A stretch of 64,000 nt of DNA, taken from positions 32,304 through 96,303 of the IMG/VR virus record IMGVR_UViG_3300025012_000049, one strand, 5' to 3'. Numbering within the stretch: the first letter of the stretch is position 1; every line of letters starts with the position of its first letter. The stretch comes from a virus. The translations under genes and the position numbers were made by a program. Of the stretch, positions 45,750-54,238 are shown piece after piece. Below the pieces are notes generated by a model. That model saw only the letters and a list, made by a program, of their open reading frames with translations. It had not been told where the DNA came from and ran no database searches.

Positions 45750-45825
45750 TGGTGGACCTGACAGGACTTGAACCTGTAACAATTCCGTTATGAGCGGAGA
45801 GATCTGCCAGTTGATCTACAGGTCC
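45750..45825 (-). tRNA. tRNA with CAT anticodon, probably Ile2 (lysidine-modified)
   Basis: GGACCTG/CAGGTCC acceptor with C4-G69 and C5-G68; CTCATAA loop; TTCAAGT T-loop; CCA. Confidence 0.85.
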
Positions 45826-45835
45826 ATTATAATAA

Positions 45836-45867
45836 GGGGGTTTATATCTTGGGCAATATAAACCCCC
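45836..45867 (-). terminator. Terminator/processing hairpin upstream of the tRNAs
   Basis: GGGGGTTTATAT...ATATAAACCCCC. Confidence 0.55.
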
Positions 45868-45952
45868 ATTCTCCCTTTCTTTTCCGATTTATGTCGTAGT
45901 TAATTTATCGACCCATATATTTAATAACTCCTTTCAATTTATTTAATAGGAA

Positions 45953-47521
45953 TTATTCTCCCATAGCAGCTTCAACTACAGCTACCATTTGTTTAACCAG
46001 TTTCTTAATTTCAAATTTATTCTTACCACGTTCCGTAAGAATTGGTGTAACAGCCTTTACAATATCACTTTCATCTTCTCCGGCCTCAACCATTTCTTCG
46101 ACAATTTGGAAAAGAGATTTAGATTCTTCACCTTTATCAATCCCCTTGGCTTTTTCCTTCTTACCTTTCTCTTCCTTGCCTTTTTTCTTGGATTCCTTGG
46201 GAAGTACGGCCAAAATCTTTTCAGCCATTTTATCAACCGATTTCTTTTCCAGAATACCCAATTTAATATTGAGTACAGCACACATTTCTTTTAGGGTTTC
46301 TTTATCTTCTGCTTCAACAGCATCATTAACTGCTTCCTCAGTAATATCCAATTCAGCAGTTTCTTCTACTTCCTCTTCAGCTTCTTCTGCTTCACTGGAC
46401 TCCAAACGATCCAACATTTCTTTTTTCAGTTTCTTAACATCTTCCCGATAAGGTGATTTACCACGACCAGAGCGGAAAGAAATACCTTTAAACAATTCAG
46501 GATTATCTTCCTTAACTGAATCGGCAACTTCTTTCAAACTCTCTGCATCATCAGCTTCATTGATTGCTTCAATCAATTCAGCATAATCATTTTCTTCTTC
46601 TTTGGCCTTTTTCCCTTTTCCTTTTGACACTTCTTTTTCAACTTTTTCCTTTTTGCCCTTAGCTGGTTTTTCTTCCTCAACTTCTTTAGCTTTTTTACCC
46701 TTAACCTTGTCTACAATTTTCTTAGCACTTTTTTCAATTACTTCTTTTGCTTCCATTTGTCCTTCTTCATACTCATCAATTGCTGCAAGCATGGCTTTTT
46801 TCAATTTCTTTACCAATTTAGTATCAGTATCAATTTCACTGAAGATTTCTTCATAATCTTCATCTTGTGCCAATTCAACCAATTCATCAATTTCTGTAGC
46901 TTCATCAATAGCTTCACGCAATTCGGAAAAATCAGCTTCTTCCTTTTCTTCTTCCTTTTCTTCTTCCTTTTCAGCTTTACCTTTTTTACCTTTAGCCGGT
47001 TTTTCATCTTCTTCAATTGCATCAGCTTCATCAAACAATTCATCAGGAAGATCATCATACCATTCCGTAAATTCATCCGAATAAGCTTTTTCAGCATCAA
47101 TATTCTTCAGAATTTCCAGAGTCAATTCATCTTCATCCAAATTTTTGATTTTCTTTGCATCAAGACCAACTTCCTTAGCGAATTCCTTGAGTTGTTTCAG
47201 TTCCATGATTAATTCTCCTGTATTAATTTTGTAGGCTAGAAATAATTTATTCGCAACCTCAATCTCTTCCTTGGTAGCAATTGCGAGTTTGCTACTAAGC
47301 ACTATCTTGACCAATTCAAAATACTGAACAGCCTTAACGCATCGCAAAACCTCCTTTCGTAAATATTTATGCTGCATCCCATGTAGAATACCTTTTTCCT
47401 TATTGGTAAGGCCAAAGTCAGCCATACCCATATTAATCCATTTATACCGTCGCCACCGTTGCGCAAGGGTATATAAATAAACTTTCCAAACAGGTAGTTT
47501 TACTTTATGGTGTTTTTTCAT
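45953..47521 (-). CDS. Large acidic repeat protein (HeH/SAP-like helical modules, E/K linkers); second start likely near 47207
   Basis: Very D/E/K-rich; repeated LKE...L...IL modules and KPAKGKK linkers; CAGGAG RBS before internal MELKQL. Confidence 0.65.
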   Translation of the reverse strand: MKKHHKVKLPVWKVYLYTLAQRWRRYKWINMGMADFGLTNKEKGILHGMQHKYLRKEVLRCVKAVQYFELVKIVLSSKLAIATKEEIEVANKLFLAYKINTGELIMELKQLKEFAKEVGLDAKKIKNLDEDELTLEILKNIDAEKAYSDEFTEWYDDLPDELFDEADAIEEDEKPAKGKKGKAEKEEEKEEEKEEADFSELREAIDEATEIDELVELAQDEDYEEIFSEIDTDTKLVKKLKKAMLAAIDEYEEGQMEAKEVIEKSAKKIVDKVKGKKAKEVEEEKPAKGKKEKVEKEVSKGKGKKAKEEENDYAELIEAINEADDAESLKEVADSVKEDNPELFKGISFRSGRGKSPYREDVKKLKKEMLDRLESSEAEEAEEEVEETAELDITEEAVNDAVEAEDKETLKEMCAVLNIKLGILEKKSVDKMAEKILAVLPKESKKKGKEEKGKKEKAKGIDKGEESKSLFQIVEEMVEAGEDESDIVKAVTPILTERGKNKFEIKKLVKQMVAVVEAAMGE

Positions 47522-47761
47522 TTAAACTTTGAGTTTTTTTAAAATTTGTTCTTCAATTATTTTTCTAGATAATTTCATCACAACATCATAGATTTCTTCA
47601 TCATCTTCAATTGCATTTCTAACAATATTTTCAATTGCTTTTGTGAAATTTTTAACTTCAATATCATCAATTGCTTGTATTAGTTTTTCTTTTAATTTGT
47701 TCTGAATTTCTGGATCATCTTTAAAAATAATAAATAGACTCTCCTCAACACTTTTGCTCAT
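47522..47761 (-). CDS. Hypothetical protein
   Basis: AAAGGAG RBS. Confidence 0.5.
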   Translation of the reverse strand: MSKSVEESLFIIFKDDPEIQNKLKEKLIQAIDDIEVKNFTKAIENIVRNAIEDDEEIYDVVMKLSRKIIEEQILKKLKV

Positions 47762-48297
47762 GATTTATTCTCCTTTCTTTGTTTAAATCTATCAAAACCT
47801 CTATTCCATTCAAGTACTAAATCACCAGCAGAATATTTATTAGGCAAACCTTTTAAACCTGTTTGATATGCTTCTTCTAAAGCTTTATCGGTAAATTTTG
47901 GTGGTGTGTTTCTCCTTTTTAAATTTAATCTCATTTTATTTGGTTTTGGATGATAACCTTCAATACCAATATGGGGATATTTTGTAGCTGGTATTTTAGC
48001 AGCTATTTCCTGTACTTTCTTTTTTCCTAAATATTGTTCACAAATCTTCTTCCATGAAATATTGGTTCTTTTAAAAATCCATTTCCAACACCATGAAAAC
48101 GTTTTACCTTGGTCAATTAATTCAAGATATTCTTTCTCCCTTCTGTCAATAACCTCATTGACTTCTTTCAGTTGTTGCTCTAATTGTTTTCTTTGTTCAA
48201 ACAGTTCAAGGAATTGCCGATGCTCAGGATTTAATTTTTGATATTCTGCTTTAGAAATGTGTTTGACGGTTCCTTCAGGGTAAGGATTGAATTTCAA
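47758..48297 (-). CDS. Hypothetical protein
   Basis: Likely TTG start 48297 after AAAGGAG, downstream of promoter. Confidence 0.55.
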   Translation of the reverse strand: MKFNPYPEGTVKHISKAEYQKLNPEHRQFLELFEQRKQLEQQLKEVNEVIDRREKEYLELIDQGKTFSWCWKWIFKRTNISWKKICEQYLGKKKVQEIAAKIPATKYPHIGIEGYHPKPNKMRLNLKRRNTPPKFTDKALEEAYQTGLKGLPNKYSAGDLVLEWNRGFDRFKQRKENKS

Positions 48298-48352
48298 TGA
48301 AATCTCCTTTCCATTCTGGATTTTTGGAGTGAAGCAGCTTGTAGGGAATTTT

Positions 48353-48381
48353 ATATTACTCCCCATTTACAACCTTGTCAA
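48353..48381 (-). promoter_or_regulatory. Sigma70-type promoter
   Basis: TTGACA-N17-TAATAT followed by AAAATTCCC. Confidence 0.7.
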
Positions 48382-48451
48382 GAACTTTTAAAACGTTGAT
48401 TTTACACAGGTTTTTAGAAAAGTAAGAAAACAAACAATGCAAAATAGGTTT

Positions 48452-48883
48452 TTATTGCCAATTTTCAGGATCATCCAGTGCGTTATCTGATTTAGTAAAT
48501 TCACTTTTTACTTTTTGAGAACCCCATATTCTTTTATACTCTTCTTCTGTAGGAATACCATCAGCAAAATATTCGTAGTCAGAAAAAATCTTTATATCAA
48601 TTTTTTGTTGTCTTTTTTTATACATTTTATTCAGTGTATAAGCCCACATAACTGCTTTAGCTGGATTATCAATAATCAGAGAAATAAAAGCAATCAAATG
48701 GTCTGTAACAGGTGTTTGAAAATGTTGTAGACGTTTCTTCAATACTTGAAAAAGAAAAGAATTAACAATATCTTCATGTATATCTTTAGCTCCTTCATTT
48801 AAACACAAAAGAATAAATATTCTGGATTCTATTTCCGTCATTTCCCTTTTCTTGGTTTGAAATAGATAATCAATGGTTTTCAT
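48452..48883 (-). CDS. Hypothetical protein
   Basis: GAAGGA RBS; 143 aa. Confidence 0.55.
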   Translation of the reverse strand: MKTIDYLFQTKKREMTEIESRIFILLCLNEGAKDIHEDIVNSFLFQVLKKRLQHFQTPVTDHLIAFISLIIDNPAKAVMWAYTLNKMYKKRQQKIDIKIFSDYEYFADGIPTEEEYKRIWGSQKVKSEFTKSDNALDDPENWQ

Positions 48884-49055
48884 TTTTTAGATTCCTTCCA
48901 TTTACGTTTAAGTATTTGTTCAGTAGCAAAACTACCAAATTTAAAAACATGATCTCCTGTCAATTGATTTTCAGGACAAATGAAATAATATAAACCAAAA
49001 TGGTTTACCATTTTCAATCTTTTAAAACAAAAAGGACATATATATTCTTCCATTT

Positions 49056-49505
49056 TTAAAGCCTTTCTGAACGGATAGCAAAGGGAAAGAAACCACGTTC
49101 ATCAACAATAATTTGCCCTTGTTTATTAACAGACAGTTTAGCGTGCTTATCTTGTGCTTCTTTCAGTGTGTTGTGTTCTGATATAATTTCATAATTTCTG
49201 CCATCAAATTCCCTTGTTACAAAATATTTAGAATGTTGTGAAAATCTAGGAAGAAAACAATTTTCCAATTTGATTGTTTGTCTATTCAAATTTCTTTTAA
49301 TACCAAAAATGTCATGGGTAAAATCAAACACACTGGCATTTAGCAAATCAATCAATCGAAGCGGAATAATATTGGTATGAACACAAGCAATATCCATAAC
49401 AATATCCAGTTTATCTTTTTTATATTCCTTATACATTTTAATAAAACGATCAACAATTTGTACAATCAATTCATGGTCTTGTTTATTCACATTAATTTCC
49501 AACAT
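49056..49505 (-). CDS. Hypothetical phage protein (DUF6874-like)
   Basis: MDIACVH...LRL..LL....FDFTHDIFGI...NCFLPRF. Confidence 0.55.
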   Translation of the reverse strand: MLEINVNKQDHELIVQIVDRFIKMYKEYKKDKLDIVMDIACVHTNIIPLRLIDLLNASVFDFTHDIFGIKRNLNRQTIKLENCFLPRFSQHSKYFVTREFDGRNYEIISEHNTLKEAQDKHAKLSVNKQGQIIVDERGFFPFAIRSERL

Positions 49506-49508
49506 GAT

Positions 49509-49694
49509 TTATTCTCCTTTCCGTTTTACTTCCTTGATTTCAAAATCTTTAATTTTCTCAACCTTTAACAATTGATTATAAATTTTAAATCTTGCATTCA
49601 ATTGGTTTGTAGCTTTAACAATTCTGTTTTGTTTTTTCTTCTTTACAAGAATGGAAACAATAAAAGAATATTCCCTTTCTTCTGATTCATCCAT
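49509..49694 (-). CDS. Hypothetical protein
   Basis: AAAGGAG RBS. Confidence 0.5.
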   Translation of the reverse strand: MDESEEREYSFIVSILVKKKKQNRIVKATNQLNARFKIYNQLLKVEKIKDFEIKEVKRKGE

Positions 49695-50118
49695 TTAATT
49701 TACTCCTTTCTTTAGTTTGTTTACAGTGGCAGATTTGAGAGTTATCACCATAATTAACACCATGCCACCAATAACCATTAAATACAAACCAAACATCTGT
49801 TCTAGTTCCAGCTATATTATGTTTACCAATTTTTACTTTTCTAATTGGAATCCGTAATGTTCCCGGCCAATTGATTACAAGATACTTTAAAAAATCATCT
49901 TTATAAGTTACAAGATAAAGTACAATCTTTTTATTATCTATCATCCTTTGTCTATCATTTTCCCCACAACAAGAATAACAAATCAATTCATTACTATTGT
50001 TTAAAGCATATCCCGTTCCTCCATTTTTCTGTAGTTCAATAATATGATGACATTGTTTACATTGAAAATGAGTATATGTTGAATAATTATCAGGATCATA
50101 TTTAACCATTGTTTTCAT
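49687..50118 (-). CDS. Cys-motif hypothetical protein
   Basis: CKQC...GTGYA...CYSC...NWPG. Confidence 0.55.
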   Translation of the reverse strand: MKTMVKYDPDNYSTYTHFQCKQCHHIIELQKNGGTGYALNNSNELICYSCCGENDRQRMIDNKKIVLYLVTYKDDFLKYLVINWPGTLRIPIRKVKIGKHNIAGTRTDVWFVFNGYWWHGVNYGDNSQICHCKQTKERSKLNG

Positions 50119-50120
50119 AA

Positions 50121-50315
50121 TTATTTCCTTTCAGTTGTTTCACCTTGTTCTTCAATAACTCTCATAATGGTTCTAGCTAAACCAATAGGGGTTTTATCAC
50201 CTCCAATTGTGTTGTAACGTCTTTTCTTATTTCTTTTCAATTGTAATTCTTCTACAATAGATTGACCAATTTGTTCTAGTTCATTATCTGTATAATCAGT
50301 AGAATGTTTCCTCAT
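50121..50315 (-). CDS. Hypothetical protein
   Basis: YNTIGGDKTPIGLAR; RBS. Confidence 0.5.
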   Translation of the reverse strand: MRKHSTDYTDNELEQIGQSIVEELQLKRNKKRRYNTIGGDKTPIGLARTIMRVIEEQGETTERK

Positions 50316-50319
50316 GTTA

Positions 50320-50565
50320 TTATTCCTTTCCTATTTCTCGTGAATAATAATATAATGGGGAATAATTAAACCCTGTTGGCTGTATATCATGTTTAATTCC
50401 ATAACGCCAATCAACTGCATTTGGATTATCATGACTAACTGAATTGAATGAAGAATCACAAGCCTCAATAATAACAACCGTGCCTTTTCCGTGAGGTGTT
50501 ATTACTCTATCATTAATTTCATATTCTTTTTTATTATCAATCCACCAACCCATTTCTCTTTTCAT
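50320..50565 (-). CDS. SH3/KOW-like hypothetical protein
   Basis: INDRVITPHGKGTV; RBS. Confidence 0.5.
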   Translation of the reverse strand: MKREMGWWIDNKKEYEINDRVITPHGKGTVVIIEACDSSFNSVSHDNPNAVDWRYGIKHDIQPTGFNYSPLYYYSREIGKE

Positions 50566-50569
50566 ATTA

Positions 50570-50791
50570 TTATTCCTTTCCTATTTTATTAATATAATCC
50601 ATAGCCTCTTCTCTAGTATAAAAACCACCAGCAGATAATTCTTCACTTGGTTTATATTTATCATCTTCCAATTGTAAAATAGTAACTCCATATATTTTGC
50701 TTGATCTATTCAATATTCCTTCACCTCTTGATAATTCATAAAGATATTTATCATTGTCAATTGAACCATAATCAATTATTACAGGAGTCAT
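50570..50791 (-). CDS. Hypothetical protein
   Basis: YELSRGEG...YGVT. Confidence 0.5.
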   Translation of the reverse strand: MTPVIIDYGSIDNDKYLYELSRGEGILNRSSKIYGVTILQLEDDKYKPSEELSAGGFYTREEAMDYINKIGKE

Positions 50792-50851
50792 AAAATTATG
50801 TTTGCCATTGTATGTTTTAAAAATATTTTTTCTATTTTATTTTTCTCCATT

Positions 50852-51937
50852 TTAATTCTCCTTTTCTGTTTTATATTCCCCAATAACAAACACCTTTCTG
50901 CACCTTACTTTGGTAATATCATTAGGATAAACCACAAAATCATCAACATGTACCTTACATTTTAAAAGTTTTCCTTTATTATATTTTAATGCCATCTCAG
51001 GTTTTGGTGAGAGATGCAAACCACCTCCACATTGTCTATTTTTATCCTCATCAAAATCAGGACAAATAATTTCTTCACCAACATTATATTTAATTTTGCC
51101 AGTATAAAAATCACAATTTGTTTCGGGGTTTACGGATTTAAACAAAAGAATATGTTCACTATCAACCATAGGATAAATATCAATAAATGAATCTTTTGTG
51201 TGTTTAAATTGTCTTTGTTTGATTACTTGTACTGATTTATCTTTAATTATTGTTGGCTTACAATCAAAACAAATAATAACTGAATTGTGTTTAGCAGTTA
51301 TTTTGCTTTTGTTTGAATAACACCTTGCAATTGCTGTTTCAAAAAGAGTTGTTTGGGAATTCCCCCACATTACATTTACTTGGGAATTATCCAGCATTTC
51401 ATTTACTTGGGAATTCCCCCACATTTCATTTACTTGGGAATTCCCCCACATTTCATTTACTTGGGAATTCCCCCACATTTCATTTACTTGGGAATTATTC
51501 CGCATTACATTTACTTGGGAATTCTCCCGCATTACATTTACTTGGGAATTCTCCCGCATTACATTTACTTGGGAATTCCCCCACATTTCATTTACTTGGG
51601 AATTATCCAGCATTTCATTTACTTGGGAATTACCCCACATTACATTTACTTGGGAATTACCCCACATTACATTTACTTGGGAATTATCCCGCATTTCATT
51701 TACTTGGGAATTATTCCGCATTACATTTACTTGGGAATTATTCCGCATTACATTTACTTGGGAATTCCCCCACATTATATTTACTGTTGTTTTGTTAACC
51801 AGTATAACAATACTGTTTTCTCTGTGAGAAAATAAATTAATTTGTTCACTAGCATCAATAATAATTTTAGTTGTTTTTTTGAATACTTTTGGTAATTTAT
51901 CCAGTTGTTTTTGATTTTTAACAATGATCTCTTTCAT
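50852..51937 (-). CDS. Beta-solenoid repeat protein with C-terminal CGGGLH domain
   Basis: About 16 nine-residue NSQVN(V/E)Mxx repeats; C-terminal Y.VG...CGGGLH...KVRC domain common in phages. Confidence 0.75.
   Translation of the reverse strand: MKEIIVKNQKQLDKLPKVFKKTTKIIIDASEQINLFSHRENSIVILVNKTTVNIMWGNSQVNVMRNNSQVNVMRNNSQVNEMRDNSQVNVMWGNSQVNVMWGNSQVNEMLDNSQVNEMWGNSQVNVMRENSQVNVMRENSQVNVMRNNSQVNEMWGNSQVNEMWGNSQVNEMWGNSQVNEMLDNSQVNVMWGNSQTTLFETAIARCYSNKSKITAKHNSVIICFDCKPTIIKDKSVQVIKQRQFKHTKDSFIDIYPMVDSEHILLFKSVNPETNCDFYTGKIKYNVGEEIICPDFDEDKNRQCGGGLHLSPKPEMALKYNKGKLLKCKVHVDDFVVYPNDITKVRCRKVFVIGEYKTEKEN
51353..51785. repeat. 27-bp coding tandem repeat (about 16 copies)
   Basis: CATT(A/T)CATTTACTTGGGAATT core repeated head to tail, no spacers. 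Confidence 0.95.
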
Positions 51938-51960
51938 TTTATTTCTCCTTAAAGTTTTAT

Positions 51961-52284
51961 TTATCTAACTACTGAATAATCACCTTTAGAAATACGTTCA
52001 AAGATTAAATCAATAGCCTGTTCTGGTACTGGCAATAGTTCCTTGGCTTTCTCTTTCAGTTTAAACATTTCAAAGGCTGAGAATAAATGACTATCACAAG
52101 TTAAAACTACACTGGCTTTCTTTTGTTTATTTAATAGGGTTTTATTATACTCAGCAAAAACATCAATTGGAAATGGACGGAAATTTTTCAACGGTGATAG
52201 TTTAAATTTAATTTGATCTTTTCTAGGGAACTCCACTACAACGGAAGTATAACCATATTTCGTTTTAAATTTAAATGTTATCAT
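51961..52284 (-). CDS. Hypothetical protein
   Basis: AAAGGAG RBS. Confidence 0.5.
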   Translation of the reverse strand: MITFKFKTKYGYTSVVVEFPRKDQIKFKLSPLKNFRPFPIDVFAEYNKTLLNKQKKASVVLTCDSHLFSAFEMFKLKEKAKELLPVPEQAIDLIFERISKGDYSVVR

Positions 52285-52481
52285 GATAAATCTCCTTTCC
52301 TTGGTTAATTGTTATTTTTTAAATGCATCCATTAAATCAAATACAATCGCATAAATTGTTACAACCAAAAAACAAAACACAAACATATTTTCATTTATTG
52401 GTTCAATCGATTGTGTTCTACTGGCATACACAAAAATACCAAAAAGAATTATAAATCGCATTTTAATACTCCTTTCTTTAG

Positions 52482-52754
52482 TTATTTAACTAATTTAAGG
52501 TTGCTTTTTTTTGTGCCGATTCTCCATGTATTATTCTTATGAATTGGATTACCTTGAAATAAATTGTCTTTAATAAAATCAACACAAACAAATGTACAGT
52601 TATTTCCTGTTACATAAGGTACTTCAATTGCACCAACAATTCCAATTTCTCCCGGTTCAGTAATACATTTAGGATTTCCGGCATATCCTGAATAATATGC
52701 CTCTACAGGAGTTTTAACAGTAACTTTGTCACCTACTTTAAAATTTATTTTCAT
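52482..52754 (-). CDS. SH3-like hypothetical protein
   Basis: FKVGDKVTV; AAAGGAG RBS. Confidence 0.55.
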   Translation of the reverse strand: MKINFKVGDKVTVKTPVEAYYSGYAGNPKCITEPGEIGIVGAIEVPYVTGNNCTFVCVDFIKDNLFQGNPIHKNNTWRIGTKKSNLKLVK

Positions 52755-52766
52755 TTAAATTCTCCT

Positions 52767-52805
52767 TTCAAATTCTGGAGTCAATTCACTTGTTATGATT
52801 AATTA
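52767..52805 (-). promoter_or_regulatory. Conserved leader motif (other copies at about 48320, 54218, 55139 and 56527)
   Basis: Plus-strand consensus TT(C/T)TGGAGTCAATCAGCTTGTTA, always intergenic. Confidence 0.6.
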
Positions 52806-53102
52806 GAATACTTCATGGTCGTTTGTCCATTGCCTTTGTGTACCATGATCCATATCCATAATAAACACCCGTTGCTTGCCATTAGCATGTTTCCAAGGGA
52901 TATTTTTTGGATTATTCAGAATATCTTTTAAATTAAATCGCCTGACCGCGTTTCCAAAGTTATTCAATTCAACGGCACCAATTACTTTCCATTTAACACT
53001 TGGTACATTCATATTTATTTCTGGTCGAGTGATACAGCCATCATCATGCAAATCCATATATTCAGTTTTATTGGTTGTAAATGCAATTGTACGTTTAATC
53101 AT
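52803..53102 (-). CDS. Hypothetical protein
   Basis: DMDHGTQRQW motif; RBS. Confidence 0.55.
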   Translation of the reverse strand: MIKRTIAFTTNKTEYMDLHDDGCITRPEINMNVPSVKWKVIGAVELNNFGNAVRRFNLKDILNNPKNIPWKHANGKQRVFIMDMDHGTQRQWTNDHEVF

Positions 53103-53410
53103 TTTAAATACTCCTGTTTAAAGTTATAAATAATCTTATTCAATTTACCTTTACATTCCAATTCTGCATTAGTACCAACTGATTGTAAATAAATAAGAAT
53201 TGCTTTTTCAATATAATTACATTGCCCATTATCCGATGAAATGATATTCAGCAAATTATTTTTATCCGTGAAATAATCTACCTGTTTACCATTTTCAAAT
53301 CGTGAGCGGCAAAGGTGATTAGTAAAATGCTTTTCAAATATAATTGAACAGCTATTATAAATAAGCTTTACTTGAAATGACTCAAATAGTATTTCAAAGT
53401 AGTTTTTCAT
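53099..53410 (-). CDS. Hypothetical protein
   Basis: GAAAGG RBS. Confidence 0.5.
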   Translation of the reverse strand: MKNYFEILFESFQVKLIYNSCSIIFEKHFTNHLCRSRFENGKQVDYFTDKNNLLNIISSDNGQCNYIEKAILIYLQSVGTNAELECKGKLNKIIYNFKQEYLK

Positions 53411-53442
53411 TTTTGGCTTTCCTTTCCCTGTTAGGGTGTTAT

Positions 53443-53949
53443 TTAAACTCTTTCACCAATAAATAACAAATCAGAAAGCATACTTTGAATATCATAATGA
53501 AACAATTCTTCCAAATAATCACGTAACATATGTTTTTTATTTAAATATTGTGAATTACTTCCATATTTATCAATAAAATGCAGACTAAATTCCAGTGGAT
53601 TCTTTTTGGAAATAATTAAAGTAAAATCTGCATGTCCACAATAATATCCCTTTGAATTCATACAATGAAAAGAATTACTGCATTTAAAATACTTTCCTTT
53701 ATCTTCAATAATCCATTTACAATCAATTCCAGAGCCATGTGAAAGATTATCAAGAATAACTTTTTCGTTTAATTTAGCTTCAAAGGAAAACCTTTGATTT
53801 TCATATTGTCTGGCAAATTCCAAATCAGTATTATTCCATTGAATTGAATGACCTGCATTTCCTCTTGAATTACACCATATTTCCAATTTATCTGCATCAA
53901 AATCATAAAGCAAATGTTGACCATTACCTAGAGATTTAATATACTGCAT
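53443..53949 (-). CDS. Hypothetical phage protein
   Basis: LSHGSGIDCKW...SFHCMN..GYY. Confidence 0.55.
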   Translation of the reverse strand: MQYIKSLGNGQHLLYDFDADKLEIWCNSRGNAGHSIQWNNTDLEFARQYENQRFSFEAKLNEKVILDNLSHGSGIDCKWIIEDKGKYFKCSNSFHCMNSKGYYCGHADFTLIISKKNPLEFSLHFIDKYGSNSQYLNKKHMLRDYLEELFHYDIQSMLSDLLFIGERV

Positions 53950-53974
53950 ATTCTCTTATTTAAGAGTATTCATT

Positions 53975-54193
53975 TTAATTCTCCTTTGGTTTAATAAACA
54001 AGGTTTTAAATGGTGTTATATCATGAATATTTCTATATAATTCAATACGACAAATATGTTTTTTAAAGTGTTCAGGAATACCATATTTGATTAGATTACG
54101 TTCTGTTTTATATTCTCCTGTAATCATCCTATTATTCATTCCAACCTCATCAAAAGAGTCGTCTTTATTTTGCTTGGTAATAATAGCTTTCAT
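53975..54193 (-). CDS. Hypothetical protein
   Basis: AAAGGAG RBS before ATG 54193. Confidence 0.5.
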   Translation of the reverse strand: MKAIITKQNKDDSFDEVGMNNRMITGEYKTERNLIKYGIPEHFKKHICRIELYRNIHDITPFKTLFIKPKEN

Positions 54194-54238
54194 TTTAATT
54201 CTCCTTTCCAATTATGTATTCTGGATTTAATCAGCTTG

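Noticed and set aside
51353-51785. CRISPR array or DGR in the 27-bp repeats
   Set aside because: Units are head to tail with no unique spacers, keep frame inside a protein, and no cas or reverse transcriptase gene is present
51313-51835. Plus-strand ORFs 51313..51798 and 51353..51835
   Set aside because: Antisense shadows of the stop-free repeat; no RBS; the minus-strand gene has proper flanking domains
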